Shown here: positions 39,062 to 49,932 of the stretch, piece after piece
Numbering within the stretch: position 1 is the first letter of the stretch
How the letters are laid out: each line of letters opens with the position of its first letter
Source: Acutalibacteraceae bacterium
Lineage (GTDB): Bacteria; Bacillota; Clostridia; Oscillospirales; Acutalibacteraceae
Reading direction: 5' to 3'
NCBI GenBank assembly: GCA_045594065.1
Contig: JAZNXU010000002.1
Span: forward strand, 1,750 to 65,749
Length of the DNA stretch: 64,000 bases
Position numbers and translations under genes: made by a program
The notes under the pieces: generated by a model
What the model was told of the DNA's origin: nothing
Seen by the model: the letters and a program-made list of their open reading frames with translations, nothing else
Databases searched by the model: none

Positions 39062-42000
39062 ATGATATTAAGTTCCATAACAATTCAGGGATTTAAGTCC
39101 TTTGCCGATAAAACTACACTTAAATTCGGAAAGGGTATTACGGGTATCGTTGGTCCTAACGGCAGCGGTAAGAGTAATATTTCCGATGCTGTTCGCTGGG
39201 TGCTCGGCGAGCAATCAACCAAAAGTCTTCGCGGACAGTCTATGGAGGATGTTATCTTCGGCGGTACTGCTACCCGCCGCCCCCACGGCTTTTGTGAGGT
39301 AACGCTAAATATCGATAACTCTGACAGAAGCCTTAATTTTGATGGCGACTCGGTGTCGATAACTCGCCGTTATTACCGCTCGCACGAGAGCGAGTATTTA
39401 ATAAATAATGTATCTGTTCGCCTTAAAGATATTAACGAGCTCTTTATGGATACAGGTATAGGCCGTGACGGCTATTCTATGGTCGGTCAAGGTAAGATTG
39501 ATGCTATTATCAGCACTAAATCAAACGAACGCCGCGACATCTTCGAAGAGGCATCGGGTATTTCAAAATACCGCTACCGCAAAATTGAGAGTGAGCGAAA
39601 GCTTGCCGCGGCAGACGAGAATTTATTGCGCCTTAAAGACATTATGCAGGAGCTTGAATCTCGTGTAGGTCCGCTTAAAACACAGAGCGAAAAGGCTGAA
39701 AAGTTTTTAGAGCTTGCAGGTGAGAAAAAGGAGCTCGAAATAGGTTTATGGCTTAATACTCTTGAAAATTTCAAGGAGAATTTGCGCAATCAAGAGGCGA
39801 AAATCACCGCTTGTGAGGTGCTTTATAAGGAAATAGAGGATAGTTTATCCGAATTCGATTTAACTACCGAGAAAAACTCTGAATTGTTTACCGAAATTTC
39901 CTGTAAAATCGATGAAGCAAGACAAACAATATCAAATTTAAACGAAAAAATTGCCGTTTTATCGGGCGAAATCTCGGTAAAGGAAAACGATATTGCACAT
40001 AATAATTCCACAATAGAACGCTTAAAAAGTGAAATTGAGGAGTTAAGGGGCTCCGAAGAGAGCACAAGGAGCGAGATTGATAAAAATAAGGCATTAAGCG
40101 CCGAAAAATTGCATAAAAAAGAGGAATTAAATGCCGCGCTTCTCAAAGCTGAGCAGGATTTAACAGACCTGCTTACAAACAGCGAGAGCTTCTCCCGCAA
40201 AATTGAGGAATTGGCGAGCACACTTAATACACTTACTTCACGCGGTGCCGATTTAAAGGTTGCCGTACTCACATCAGAAACCTCAGCTGAGGAATTAACC
40301 GCGCGCAATGTGACGCTTGATGAATTAATTGCGGCGAAATCTGCCGAAAAACAGGAGCTCGACAATGAATTCAGCGAAACCGAAAAGCTGGTTGATGCGC
40401 TGGAGGATACCGTAAACGAGTGCGAAAATTCAATTAAAGGCTATGAAATGCGCCTTAATACCCGCAAGGATAAGGCAAATGAGCTTAAATTAAAGCTTGA
40501 TGATATGCGCCTTGATATTGAGTCGAAAAAGCGCCGCGTTCAAATGCTTTCCGACCTTGAGAAGAATATGGAGGGCTTTGCACACTCGGTAAAAGCCGTT
40601 ATGAAGGAGTCGCAAAGCGGAGTGCTACGCGGTGTTCACGGTCCCGTTTCGCACATTATTAATGTTAAAAAAGAGTATTCCGTCGCGGTTGAAACTGCCC
40701 TCGGTAATGCTTTACAGAATATTATAGTTGATACCGAAGCCGATGCTAAGCGTGCTATTAATTCCTTAAAGAATTCAAATTCGGGAAGAGCTACATTCCT
40801 GCCCGTAAATTCGGTTAAGGCTCGCCCCTTTACCGAAAAGGGTTATGAGGATATGTTTGGCTATGTAGGCAGAGCTAATGAAATAGTCGAGTGCGATGCT
40901 AAGTTCCGAGAGATTATCGATTATTTGCTTGGTGCCGTTGTTATCACTGAGGATATCGATTCTGCTGTTACCATTGCTAAAAAGTTCCATTACCACTTTA
41001 AGGTGGTATCTTTAGACGGTCAGGTTATTAATGCCGGCGGCTCGCTTACAGGCGGCTCGCTTATTAAAAATGCGGGAATTTTAAGCCGTAAGGACGACAT
41101 TGCCAAAATCAATAATCAGATTGAAAGTCTGACCGATAAGGAAAAGACCCTCTCAGGTCTTTATGATGAGGCTGTTGCCGATTTAGCCAAGGTAGAAGCG
41201 GATATCGTAAATGCCAGAGCTACGCTTACCACCGCTAATGAGGATAAAATCAGAGCCTTAGCAGAGCTTAAGCGTATAGGCGATTTGGTTTCAGCAGCAA
41301 ATGCCACAATTAATGGGCATAATGCCGAAAAATCAGCTAATACCGAGAAAATTGCCGCGTTCAAGTCTACTGCAGAGAATTCAGGCAAAGAGGCAGCCGA
41401 AGTTGAGGCTAAAAAAGCAGAAATTCAGGCTGAAATTGATAGTATTTCGGGCGGTAGAGATGAGCTTTCTACCAAGCGCGAAGAATATTCAGAGAAAATA
41501 ACCGAAATTAAGCTTCAAATAATTGAATGTGCTAAGGATGCCGAGAACTTTGCCGCTATGGCGCTCTCACTTGAAAATGCAATTTCCAACCGTGATGAGA
41601 GAATTGCAGAACTCAATAGCGAGATTGAGGCTAATGTTGCCGCAAACGGCGGCAGACAGGATGATATTAACGCCGTTCTTGCAGCCATTGAGGAGATAAA
41701 GAAAAACATCACCCTTAATGAGGAAAACATTGCTAAGTTTATAGAGCAGCGTAACGATATTGAAAAGCAAAACTCAGAGCTTCGTTCGACCGAAAGGGAG
41801 AAAACAAGCGAGAGAGAAAAAATAAGCGGCGAACTCGCACGCCTTTCTGAGCGCAAGGAAAATATGCTTGCTGAGTACGATAATGTTATTAAGCAATTAT
41901 ATGAAGAATATCAGTTAACCCGTAGTGAAGCCGAAAATATGGGCATTGTTATCGATAAGCCGGCAGAGGCAAAGCGCAGGCTAACTGACATTAAATCTTC

Positions 42001-42637
42001 CATTCGTTCGCTCGGTAGCGTAAATGTTGCCGCAATTGAGGAATATAAGGAAGTAAGCGAGCGCTATGAATTTATGTCGGCTCAGATTGCCGATGTTGAG
42101 AAATCCCGTGCAGAGCTTGGTAAGCTTATTAATCAGCTAACCAAGCAGATGCAGGAGATGTTTACAGAGGGCTTTGCTAAAATTAACGAGAGCTTTACTA
42201 AAACCTTTACCGAGCTTTTCGGCGGCGGTCACGCAGAGCTTGTGCTCACAGACCCCGACAATGTGCTTGAGAGCGGTATTGATATTAACGCAAAACTACC
42301 AGGTAAAAATGTACCGAGTCTTGACGGATTATCGGGTGGAGAAAAGGCGCTTGTTGCCTTATCTATCTACTTCTCAATTATGCGCGTTAATGCGCCTCCG
42401 TTCTGCTTCCTTGATGAAGTTGATACAGCGCTTGACGATATCAATGTTGACCGATTTGCGCAGTATATGAAATCGAGCGATTTCGGTACTCAGTTTATCT
42501 GTGTAACCCACCGCCGCGGTACAATGGAGGCCGCCGATATGCTATACGGCGTTACAATGCAGGAAAAGGGTATCACAAAGCTTTTACAGCTTAATGTATC
42601 AGAGCTTGAAAAGAAACTTCTTAAAGGAGAGCTATAA
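39062..42637 (+). CDS. smc: chromosome segregation protein SMC
   Basis: 1191 aa. N-terminal Walker A GPNGSGKSN, long coiled coils, a hinge, and C-terminal LSGGEK / Walker B FCFLDEVD. Confidence 0.95.
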   Translation: MILSSITIQGFKSFADKTTLKFGKGITGIVGPNGSGKSNISDAVRWVLGEQSTKSLRGQSMEDVIFGGTATRRPHGFCEVTLNIDNSDRSLNFDGDSVSITRRYYRSHESEYLINNVSVRLKDINELFMDTGIGRDGYSMVGQGKIDAIISTKSNERRDIFEEASGISKYRYRKIESERKLAAADENLLRLKDIMQELESRVGPLKTQSEKAEKFLELAGEKKELEIGLWLNTLENFKENLRNQEAKITACEVLYKEIEDSLSEFDLTTEKNSELFTEISCKIDEARQTISNLNEKIAVLSGEISVKENDIAHNNSTIERLKSEIEELRGSEESTRSEIDKNKALSAEKLHKKEELNAALLKAEQDLTDLLTNSESFSRKIEELASTLNTLTSRGADLKVAVLTSETSAEELTARNVTLDELIAAKSAEKQELDNEFSETEKLVDALEDTVNECENSIKGYEMRLNTRKDKANELKLKLDDMRLDIESKKRRVQMLSDLEKNMEGFAHSVKAVMKESQSGVLRGVHGPVSHIINVKKEYSVAVETALGNALQNIIVDTEADAKRAINSLKNSNSGRATFLPVNSVKARPFTEKGYEDMFGYVGRANEIVECDAKFREIIDYLLGAVVITEDIDSAVTIAKKFHYHFKVVSLDGQVINAGGSLTGGSLIKNAGILSRKDDIAKINNQIESLTDKEKTLSGLYDEAVADLAKVEADIVNARATLTTANEDKIRALAELKRIGDLVSAANATINGHNAEKSANTEKIAAFKSTAENSGKEAAEVEAKKAEIQAEIDSISGGRDELSTKREEYSEKITEIKLQIIECAKDAENFAAMALSLENAISNRDERIAELNSEIEANVAANGGRQDDINAVLAAIEEIKKNITLNEENIAKFIEQRNDIEKQNSELRSTEREKTSEREKISGELARLSERKENMLAEYDNVIKQLYEEYQLTRSEAENMGIVIDKPAEAKRRLTDIKSSIRSLGSVNVAAIEEYKEVSERYEFMSAQIADVEKSRAELGKLINQLTKQMQEMFTEGFAKINESFTKTFTELFGGGHAELVLTDPDNVLESGIDINAKLPGKNVPSLDGLSGGEKALVALSIYFSIMRVNAPPFCFLDEVDTALDDINVDRFAQYMKSSDFGTQFICVTHRRGTMEAADMLYGVTMQEKGITKLLQLNVSELEKKLLKGEL

Positions 42638-43551
42638 TGGGCTTTTTCGATAAAATTAAGGCGGGTTTAACCAAAAGCCGCAACTCTATAATTAATAATA
42701 TAAACTCCGTTATCAACAGCTTTACTAAAATTGACGAAGAGTTTTTTGAGGAGCTTCAGGAAATTTTAATCACCGCAGATATCGGTGTTAAGACCTCTGA
42801 GGATATTTGTGACAGGCTTCGAGCCAAGGTTAAAGCTGACGGAATTAAAGACCCCGCTGTTATTAAAACCGAGCTTAAAAACATTGTAAGCGAAATGATT
42901 ACGGGCGATGCTGAGCTAAAGCTTAAGGGCAGTCCCGCAATAGTTATGGTAATCGGTGTAAACGGGGTGGGTAAAACAACAACTATCGGAAAGCTTGCAG
43001 CTATTTTAACGCGTGACGGCAAAAAGGTAGTGCTTGGTGCTGCCGATACTTTTCGTGCCGCCGCAATTGAGCAGTTAGGTGTTTGGGGCGAGCGTTCAGG
43101 CGCACAGGTCATAAGCTCTGTTCAGGGCACTGATCCTGCAAGTGTTGTGTTCGATACCATCGCTTCGGCAAAGGCTAAACACGCCGATGTTATTATCTGC
43201 GATACTGCAGGCAGACTTCACAACAAGAAAAACCTTATGGATGAGCTTGCTAAAATGAATAGGGTAATTGCCCGCGAGCTGCCCGACAGCACCCCTGAAG
43301 TACTACTTGTGCTTGATGCCGCTACGGGACAAAACGCCGTAAATCAGGCAAGAGAATTCAGTAATGTTACAAACATTACGGGTATTGTGCTCACTAAACT
43401 TGACGGTACCGCTAAGGGCGGCGTTGTAATACCAATTTATAACGAACTCGGCATTCCGGTTAAATTTATCGGCGTGGGTGAGGGAATTGACGATTTACAG
43501 CCCTTTGATGCCACGGCTTATGCTGAAAGCCTACTTTCAACAGAGGAATAG
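42637..43551 (+). CDS. ftsY: signal recognition particle receptor FtsY
   Basis: SRP-GTPase motifs GVNGVGKTTT, DTAGR, TKLD. Confidence 0.95.
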   Translation: MGFFDKIKAGLTKSRNSIINNINSVINSFTKIDEEFFEELQEILITADIGVKTSEDICDRLRAKVKADGIKDPAVIKTELKNIVSEMITGDAELKLKGSPAIVMVIGVNGVGKTTTIGKLAAILTRDGKKVVLGAADTFRAAAIEQLGVWGERSGAQVISSVQGTDPASVVFDTIASAKAKHADVIICDTAGRLHNKKNLMDELAKMNRVIARELPDSTPEVLLVLDAATGQNAVNQAREFSNVTNITGIVLTKLDGTAKGGVVIPIYNELGIPVKFIGVGEGIDDLQPFDATAYAESLLSTEE

Positions 43552-43553
43552 TA

Positions 43554-44138
43554 ATGAAATTTTTTATAGCAACTAAAAACGCGCATAAAATTGCCGAGTT
43601 TTCTGCAATATTTGAAAATCTTAATATAAAGCTTTTATCTGAGCGTGATTTAGAAAAGCCGCTTCCTGAAATTGAAGAAAACGGCACCACCTTTGAAGAA
43701 AATTCACTTATTAAAGCACGCTTTGCCGCGAGCTTTACGGGACTTCCAACACTCGCTGATGATTCGGGACTTTGCGTAGATGCCTTGGGCGGTGAGCCGG
43801 GTATTTACTCTGCCCGCTATGCAGGTGAGCACGGCGACAGTGCGGCGAATAATGAGAAGCTACTCAAAAATATGGAGAATGAAACTAACCGAACAGCGCG
43901 CTTTGTTTGCGTTATTGCCTGTGTTTTTCCTGACGGTAGGGAATTTACCGTTCGCGGAGAGTGTAAGGGTAGAATAGACACCTGTCTTCGCGGCAACGGT
44001 GGCTTCGGTTATGACCCACTGTTCATATCGGACGAGCGTGGCAGTTTCGGGCTTATCTCAGCCGAAGAAAAAAACAGTATCAGCCACCGCGGCAATGCTG
44101 TTAAGAAATTTAAAGAAGAAATAATCAAATACATTTAA
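43554..44138 (+). CDS. rdgB: XTP/dITP diphosphatase (RdgB/HAM1 family)
   Basis: ATKNAHK, LADDSGLCVDALGGEPG, GFGYDPLF. Confidence 0.9.
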   Translation: MKFFIATKNAHKIAEFSAIFENLNIKLLSERDLEKPLPEIEENGTTFEENSLIKARFAASFTGLPTLADDSGLCVDALGGEPGIYSARYAGEHGDSAANNEKLLKNMENETNRTARFVCVIACVFPDGREFTVRGECKGRIDTCLRGNGGFGYDPLFISDERGSFGLISAEEKNSISHRGNAVKKFKEEIIKYI

Positions 44139-44151
44139 AAGGGGAATATTA

Positions 44152-44445
44152 ATGCTTACAAGTAAGCAAAGAGCTCAGCTTAGAGGCTTGGCTAACACAA
44201 TGGAAACTATTTTACAAATCGGCAAAACAGGCATTTCCGACCAAACTATAAAGCAGGTTGACGATGCTTTAACCGCTCGCGAGCTTATAAAAATTCGCAC
44301 ACTTGAAACTTCTCCCACAACCAGTCGCGAGAGCGCAGATTTAATTGCCGAAAAAACAGGGGCGGATGTTGTTCAGGTTATCGGCTCAAAAATAGTGCTT
44401 TACCGTGAAAGCAAAGATAACAAGCAGATTTATCTGGTAAAATAA
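44152..44445 (+). CDS. yhbY: ribosome assembly RNA-binding protein YhbY
   Basis: 97 aa CRS1/YhbY domain (LTSKQRAQLRGLAN...QIGK.G). Confidence 0.85.
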   Translation: MLTSKQRAQLRGLANTMETILQIGKTGISDQTIKQVDDALTARELIKIRTLETSPTTSRESADLIAEKTGADVVQVIGSKIVLYRESKDNKQIYLVK

Positions 44446-44446
44446 A

Positions 44447-45064
44447 ATGAAAAATACTGTAATTTTCGGCGGTACCTTTAATCCAATTCATTTAGGGCAT
44501 ATTGAAATAATAAATAATGTTCTTGCGCTTTCCTCAACACAAAATGTTATCGTAATGCCTACAGCAGTGCCGCCGCATAAAGTAAGCAGCGACCTCGCAT
44601 GTGATGCCGATAGATTTGAAATGTGTAAGCTTGCTACCGAGCATATAGAGGGCGTAGAGGTAAGTGATTTAGAGCTTATCCGCGGTGGTAAAAGCTACAC
44701 CTACGAAACCCTAAAACGGATAAAAAGCGATAATACCGATATAAAATTATCGTTCGTTTGCGGCGGGGATATGATTGTTACCTTTAAAGAGTGGTACCGC
44801 TTTCAAGATATTTTAAAGCTTGCTGAGATTATTGCCGTCCGCCGTGTGGGTGTTGATAATGTGGAATTTGATAACGCCGTAAGTGAGCTTGTAACATTGG
44901 GCGGCGTTGTAAATGTCTTAAAAGGGGAAATTACCGATATTTCCTCTACAGAAATAAAAAAACATATCACTAATAAGGATTATCTTTTAAAATTCCTACC
45001 TGAAAAGGTTTATAATTATATTAAAGACAATAATTTGTATTTCGGAGAAAATAATGGATTATAA
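44447..45064 (+). CDS. nadD: nicotinate-nucleotide adenylyltransferase
   Basis: GGTFNPIHLGH motif and C-terminal ISST.IK. Confidence 0.9.
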   Translation: MKNTVIFGGTFNPIHLGHIEIINNVLALSSTQNVIVMPTAVPPHKVSSDLACDADRFEMCKLATEHIEGVEVSDLELIRGGKSYTYETLKRIKSDNTDIKLSFVCGGDMIVTFKEWYRFQDILKLAEIIAVRRVGVDNVEFDNAVSELVTLGGVVNVLKGEITDISSTEIKKHITNKDYLLKFLPEKVYNYIKDNNLYFGENNGL

Positions 45065-45620
45065 TAAATATAAAGAAATTCTAAAAACGCGCCTTAAAGA
45101 GAATCGCTATTATCATTCGCTTTGTGTTGCCGATGAGGCTAAGCGACTCGCTATTAAATACGGTGCTGACAGTGAAAAAGCCTACCTTGCAGGACTGCTT
45201 CACGATATTACCAAGAACACCGATAAAGATGAGCAGTTGCAAATGTTCAAAGATTTTGATATAATTTTAGATAGGATAACAAAAAACAGTTTGAAATTAT
45301 GGCACGCTGTAACAGGTGCGGCGTATATCGAAAATGTTTTAGGTATTAAAGATAGTGATGTTTTATCCGCCGTGAGATACCACACAACAGCGAAAAAGGA
45401 TATGACTTTACTTGAAAAAATCCTCTATCTTGCAGATTTCACATCGGCTGACCGCGATTATGATGATGTTGATATAATGCGTAAAAAGGTAGATGAATCA
45501 CTAAGCAGCGCCATGCGCTATGCGCTGAGTTATACTATAACAGAGCTTGTAGAAAAACAAGCGCCAATACACCCAGATACTATGGCGGCATATAACCAAA
45601 TTATGGAGGAAAAAGATTAA
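45054..45620 (+). CDS. yqeK: bis(5'-nucleosyl)-tetraphosphatase (symmetrical), HD-domain YqeK
   Basis: HS..VA...LLHDITK HD motif. Lies in the nadD-yqeK-rsfS synteny. Confidence 0.85.
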   Translation: MDYNKYKEILKTRLKENRYYHSLCVADEAKRLAIKYGADSEKAYLAGLLHDITKNTDKDEQLQMFKDFDIILDRITKNSLKLWHAVTGAAYIENVLGIKDSDVLSAVRYHTTAKKDMTLLEKILYLADFTSADRDYDDVDIMRKKVDESLSSAMRYALSYTITELVEKQAPIHPDTMAAYNQIMEEKD

Positions 45621-45985
45621 TGGAATCTAAAGAGATATTAGCTGTAGCGGCAAACGCGCTGAATGAAAAAAAGGCGCTCGATTTAGCGGCACTGAGGGTA
45701 GATGACCTAACAGTACTTACCGAGTATTTCCTGCTGTGTACCGCAACCTCTTCTACACATGTAAGAGCGCTTGCTGATGAGGTCGAGTTTAAATTATCCG
45801 AAGCGGGAGTCAACCCCCACCATATCGAGGGTAAATCTACAGGCTGGATATTGCTCGATTACGGCAGCGTTATAGTGCATGTTATGAGCAGGGAAGCCAG
45901 AGAGTTTTATAACCTAGATAAAATGTGGAGTGACGGCGAGCCCGCCGATTTAGGTAGCATATTACTAAGCGAACAGGAGCAATAG
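45620..45985 (+). CDS. rsfS: ribosome silencing factor RsfS
   Basis: 121 aa with the DYGSVIVHVM..EAREFYNLD.LW motif. Confidence 0.9.
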   Translation: MESKEILAVAANALNEKKALDLAALRVDDLTVLTEYFLLCTATSSTHVRALADEVEFKLSEAGVNPHHIEGKSTGWILLDYGSVIVHVMSREAREFYNLDKMWSDGEPADLGSILLSEQEQ

Positions 45986-45988
45986 TTT

Positions 45989-48394
45989 ATGAAATACAAT
46001 TACAGTGAAATTGAAAAGAAATGGCAAAAAATATGGGACGATAACGGCACCTTTTATGCAACTGAGGATTATTCAAAACCAAAATTCTTCGGCCTTGTAG
46101 AGTTCCCGTATCCGTCGGGTCAGGGTCTTCATGTAGGTCATCCGCGTTCCTATACAGCACTCGATATCGTAGCCCGTAAAAAAAGATTACAGGGCTTTAA
46201 TGTGCTTTACCCTATGGGCTGGGATGCATTCGGTCTGCCAACAGAAAACTTTGCAATAAAAAATCACATTCATCCCGAAACAGTTACTAAGCAGAATATT
46301 GCCAACTTTAAAAAGCAGTTAAAATCTCTTGGTTTCTCGTTCGATTGGAGCAGAGAGGTTAATACAACCGACCCATCTTACTATAAGTGGACTCAGTGGA
46401 TTTTCTTACAGCTTTATAAAAATGGTCTTGCATATAAAAAGGAGATGTCGGTTAACTGGTGTACCTCCTGTAAGTGCGTTCTTGCTAACGAAGAGGTTGT
46501 TAACGGCGTTTGCGAGCGTTGCGGCAGTGAAGTTGTACATAAAGTAAAAAGCCAATGGATGCTTAAAATCACCGAGTATGCCGATAAGCTTTTAGACGGT
46601 CTTGAAACGGTTGATTTTATCGACCGTGTTAAAACACAGCAGCGCAACTGGATTGGTCGTTCTTACGGTACTCAGGTTAAATTCAATACCACAATTGGCG
46701 ATGAGTTTGAAATTTACACCACCCGCGCCGATACTCTATTCGGTGTTACCTATATGGTAATGTCACCCGAGCATCCCTTAATCGAAAAATGGGCGGATAA
46801 GATTGAGAATATCAGCGAGATTCGCGAATATCAAGCATCAGCCGCCAAGAAGTCCGACTTCGAGCGTACCGAGCTCGCTAAGGATAAAACTGGTGTAAGG
46901 CTCTGCGGAGTTAAAGCAATTAACCCCGTAAACAACACCGAAATCCCGATTTTCATTTCCGATTATGTACTTATTTCTTACGGTACAGGCGCCATTATGG
47001 CAGTACCTGGTCACGATACCCGCGACTGGGAGTTTGCCAAGAAATTCGATTTACCGATTATTGAGGTAGTTGCAGGCGGCGATGTTACTAAAGAGGCTTA
47101 TACCGATTGCAACGAGGGTGTAATGGTAAATTCGGGCTTCCTTACAGGGCTTAGCGTTGAAGAGGCTAAAAAGGCAATGCAGAAGTGGCTTACTGAAAAA
47201 GAGCTCGGCTTTGTTAAAACCAACTTCAAACTGCGCGATTGGGTTTTCTCACGCCAGCGTTATTGGGGCGAGCCTATTCCTATGGTTTGCTGCGAAAAGT
47301 GTGGCTATGTTCCGCTACCCGAGAGCGAGCTTCCGCTGTTACTGCCTAATGTAGACTCTTACGAGCCCACCGATAACGGCGAATCACCCCTTGCTAAGAT
47401 TACCGATTGGGTTAATACTAAGTGTCCTTGTTGCGGAGGTGACGCTAAGAGAGAAACCGACACAATGCCTCAGTGGGCAGGCTCTTCATGGTATTTCTTG
47501 CGTTATTGCGATCCGCATAACGATAATGCTCTCGCATCTAAAGAAGCGCTCGAGTATTGGGGACCGGTTGATTGGTATAACGGCGGTATGGAGCATACAA
47601 CTCTCCACCTGCTTTACAGCCGCTTCTGGCATAAATTTCTTTATGATATCGGCGTAGTTCCTAATCCAGAGCCTTATGCTAAGCGTACGAGTCACGGTAT
47701 GATTTTGGGCGAGAACGGCGAAAAAATGTCAAAATCTCGCGGTAATGTTGTTAACCCCGATGATATAGTTCGCGATTACGGTGCCGACACTATGCGCCTT
47801 TATGAAATGTTTATAGGTGATTTTGAAAAGGCAGCGCCTTGGAGCTCAGCTTCCATTAAGGGCTGTAAGCGCTTCTTAGAGCGTGTATGGGCACTTTCAG
47901 AAATTATGACCGATGAAGACTGCTACCGCCCCGAAATTGAGACTGAAATGCATCGAACAATCAAAAAGGTTACCGAGGATATCGAGGGTCTTAAAATGAA
48001 TACCGCTATTGCGGCTATGATGGCTTTACTTAATGTGATTGCAGGTAGCGGCAAAATCACTAAGGGAGAATTAAAAACTCTTATTATTCTCTTAAATCCT
48101 TTTGCTCCGCATATTACCGAAGAAATGTGGGCGAATGCAGGCTTTGACGGAATGCTCAATCAAACTGCTTGGCCCGAATATGACGAGGCTAAGTGTGTTG
48201 ACAGTGCCGTAGAAATCGTAGTACAGATTAACGGTAAAATCAGGGCTCGCATTAATGTTCCTGTTGATATTGCCGCCGATGATGCTATCGCACTCGCGAA
48301 GAACGAAGCGGCAGTTGCGGCAGAAATTGACGGCAAGAATATTATCAAAGAAATTTATATTCCCAAAAAGCTTATAAATATAGTAGTAAAATAA
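45989..48394 (+). CDS. leuS: leucine--tRNA ligase
   Basis: 801 aa. HVGH (HIGH) and KMSKS motifs, with a CP1 editing domain. Confidence 0.95.
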   Translation: MKYNYSEIEKKWQKIWDDNGTFYATEDYSKPKFFGLVEFPYPSGQGLHVGHPRSYTALDIVARKKRLQGFNVLYPMGWDAFGLPTENFAIKNHIHPETVTKQNIANFKKQLKSLGFSFDWSREVNTTDPSYYKWTQWIFLQLYKNGLAYKKEMSVNWCTSCKCVLANEEVVNGVCERCGSEVVHKVKSQWMLKITEYADKLLDGLETVDFIDRVKTQQRNWIGRSYGTQVKFNTTIGDEFEIYTTRADTLFGVTYMVMSPEHPLIEKWADKIENISEIREYQASAAKKSDFERTELAKDKTGVRLCGVKAINPVNNTEIPIFISDYVLISYGTGAIMAVPGHDTRDWEFAKKFDLPIIEVVAGGDVTKEAYTDCNEGVMVNSGFLTGLSVEEAKKAMQKWLTEKELGFVKTNFKLRDWVFSRQRYWGEPIPMVCCEKCGYVPLPESELPLLLPNVDSYEPTDNGESPLAKITDWVNTKCPCCGGDAKRETDTMPQWAGSSWYFLRYCDPHNDNALASKEALEYWGPVDWYNGGMEHTTLHLLYSRFWHKFLYDIGVVPNPEPYAKRTSHGMILGENGEKMSKSRGNVVNPDDIVRDYGADTMRLYEMFIGDFEKAAPWSSASIKGCKRFLERVWALSEIMTDEDCYRPEIETEMHRTIKKVTEDIEGLKMNTAIAAMMALLNVIAGSGKITKGELKTLIILLNPFAPHITEEMWANAGFDGMLNQTAWPEYDEAKCVDSAVEIVVQINGKIRARINVPVDIAADDAIALAKNEAAVAAEIDGKNIIKEIYIPKKLINIVVK

Positions 48395-48412
48395 ATTTTG
48401 GAGGTTAATAGT

Positions 48413-49732
48413 ATGAAGAAGAGGTATTTGAAAACAACAATTTCCCTCTTACTTTTAGTTGCTTTGGTAGCAACCGCTTTCGTAGGCTGTGGTGGCAAAG
48501 AGTAAAACGGAGGTACTGCAACTAACGGAAACAGCACAAGTCAAGGCGATGGCAGCAATAAAACCGAGGGTATACCTGCCGAAGTAGGTGCTACCGAAAC
48601 CGAGTCTGCCCTTTCAAATACAGTAAAGCTTCTGCAAACTGAAAAAAAGCTTACTATAGGTTATATCGGCGGCTCCATAACACTTGGCACTTCGGCTTCT
48701 AACTATATGAGTAACAGTGACCTTAACAAAGAGGCAAACTTAATGAACTCGTGAGTTAACCGAATGTCAACCTATTTTGCCGAGCAATATCCCGATGCTA
48801 CTATAGAAACCGTAAACGCAGGTATTTCTAATACCCAGACCAACTTCGGTATTTACCGTCTGTCTAAGCATTTAATGAACACCGACGGTCACGATATGCC
48901 CGACCTTGTGTTTGTTGAGTTCACTACTAACGACTGGATTAGCGGCGACGACCTTAAAATTGAAATTGAGTCATTAATCCGTAATATATACGCGGCTAAT
49001 CCCTATGCCGAAATAGTTGTGATTTCTACAAATGTAAATTCTGCTAACAGCTCTCGCAAGCTTTACCGCGAGATTTGCACTAAATATGGTATTCCGTATG
49101 TAGATGTCGGCACCAGACTACGCAGCTCTATCCGTGAAAAATTTGGTACTACAAGCGAAAACGGCCCATATTTCTACACTGTTGATAACCTTCACCCGAG
49201 TGCTGAGGGATATAAGGTTTATACCGATTTAATCATTGAAACTATCGAGCCGCTGCTTAAAGTGGAACTTAAGAGTAAAAAGATTTATAATAATTATGAA
49301 AATCTGCGCAAGCCTGTTTGCAGTAATTTAATAACCAACCCGAAAATCACACAGATTAAGAATTTAACCGCAACCGGTAACGCAAAGCTCATAGAAGAGC
49401 CCCTTACTACAAATTTTTACGGCACCGATTTAACCGTTGATACCGTGCCTGTTGTAGATGCGTATCTTGAAATGAACACTGGTAGTACCGTAAAACACAG
49501 CTTCAGCGGCAATACCTTTGGTCTGCTTGTGGGCTTTACCAAAAACGCCTTTAAGGTTCGTTACAGAATAGATGGAGGCGAGTGGCAGACCTACGAAGTC
49601 ACTTCGCACCTATATGAACATACTCAGGTTAAAATACTTGAGCATACCTTATCAGATGGTGCACATACCGTTGAAATTGAAGCTCAATCAGACGGCTTCC
49701 GTTTAGGCGCTGTTCTTACCAACGAAAAATAA
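48413..49732 (+). pseudogene. SGNH/GDSL-hydrolase lipoprotein gene disrupted by two in-frame stop codons
   Basis: A single frame from the ATG at 48413 (GGAGG RBS; signal/lipobox LVATAFVGC) to 49732 is colinear with the intact paralog 55417-56709. It is interrupted by TAA at 48503-48505 and by TGA at 48752-48754, where the paralog has TGG (Trp). Confidence 0.8.
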
Positions 49733-49743
49733 GAATGAATTTT

Positions 49744-49777
49744 CCCTGCGGCTAATAATTACCGCAGGGTATTTTTT
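49744..49777 (+). terminator. intrinsic terminator
   Basis: ccctgcgg-ctaataatta-ccgcaggg followed by tatttttt. Confidence 0.7.
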
Positions 49778-49808
49778 CAAAAAATAACGGAAATAATAAA
49801 GAAAAGTG

Positions 49809-49837
49809 TTGACAAGCCGCTATATTAGTGGTAAAAT
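49809..49837 (+). promoter_or_regulatory. sigma-A type promoter for tRNA-Lys
   Basis: TTGACA-17nt-TAAAAT, about 20 nt upstream of the tRNA 5' end. Confidence 0.65.
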
Positions 49838-49856
49838 ATTTAGGCTTTCAAAAAAT

Positions 49857-49932
49857 GATCCATTAGCTCAGCTGGCAGAGCACTTGACTTTTAATCAAGG
49901 TGTCCGGAGTTCGAATCTCCGATGGGTCACCA
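49857..49932 (+). tRNA. tRNA-Lys (anticodon UUU), encoded CCA
   Basis: Hand-folded 76 nt. Acceptor GATCCAT/ATGGGTC, D arm GCTC..GAGC, anticodon stem CTTGA/TCAAG with loop CTTTTAA, T arm CGGAG-TTCGAAT-CTCCG, ACCA. Confidence 0.9.

Noticed and set aside
39823-40365. 180-aa antisense ORF, plus several other 60-113 aa ORFs on both strands, inside smc
   Set aside because: They are Ser/Leu-rich low-complexity translations produced by the coiled-coil codon bias (GAA/AAG/GCT repeats) of smc. They have no RBS or start context and lie entirely inside a confidently identified gene.
48503-48754. Possibility that the in-frame TAA and TGA in the SGNH gene reflect stop-codon reassignment or programmed readthrough (TGA sits where the paralog has TGG)
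   Set aside because: TGA and TAA terminate many well-defined genes in this window at the expected protein ends (for example comFC, trmFO, trmH-family, rplT), and Trp is encoded by TGG throughout. Two different stop codons in one gene fit pseudogenisation better.
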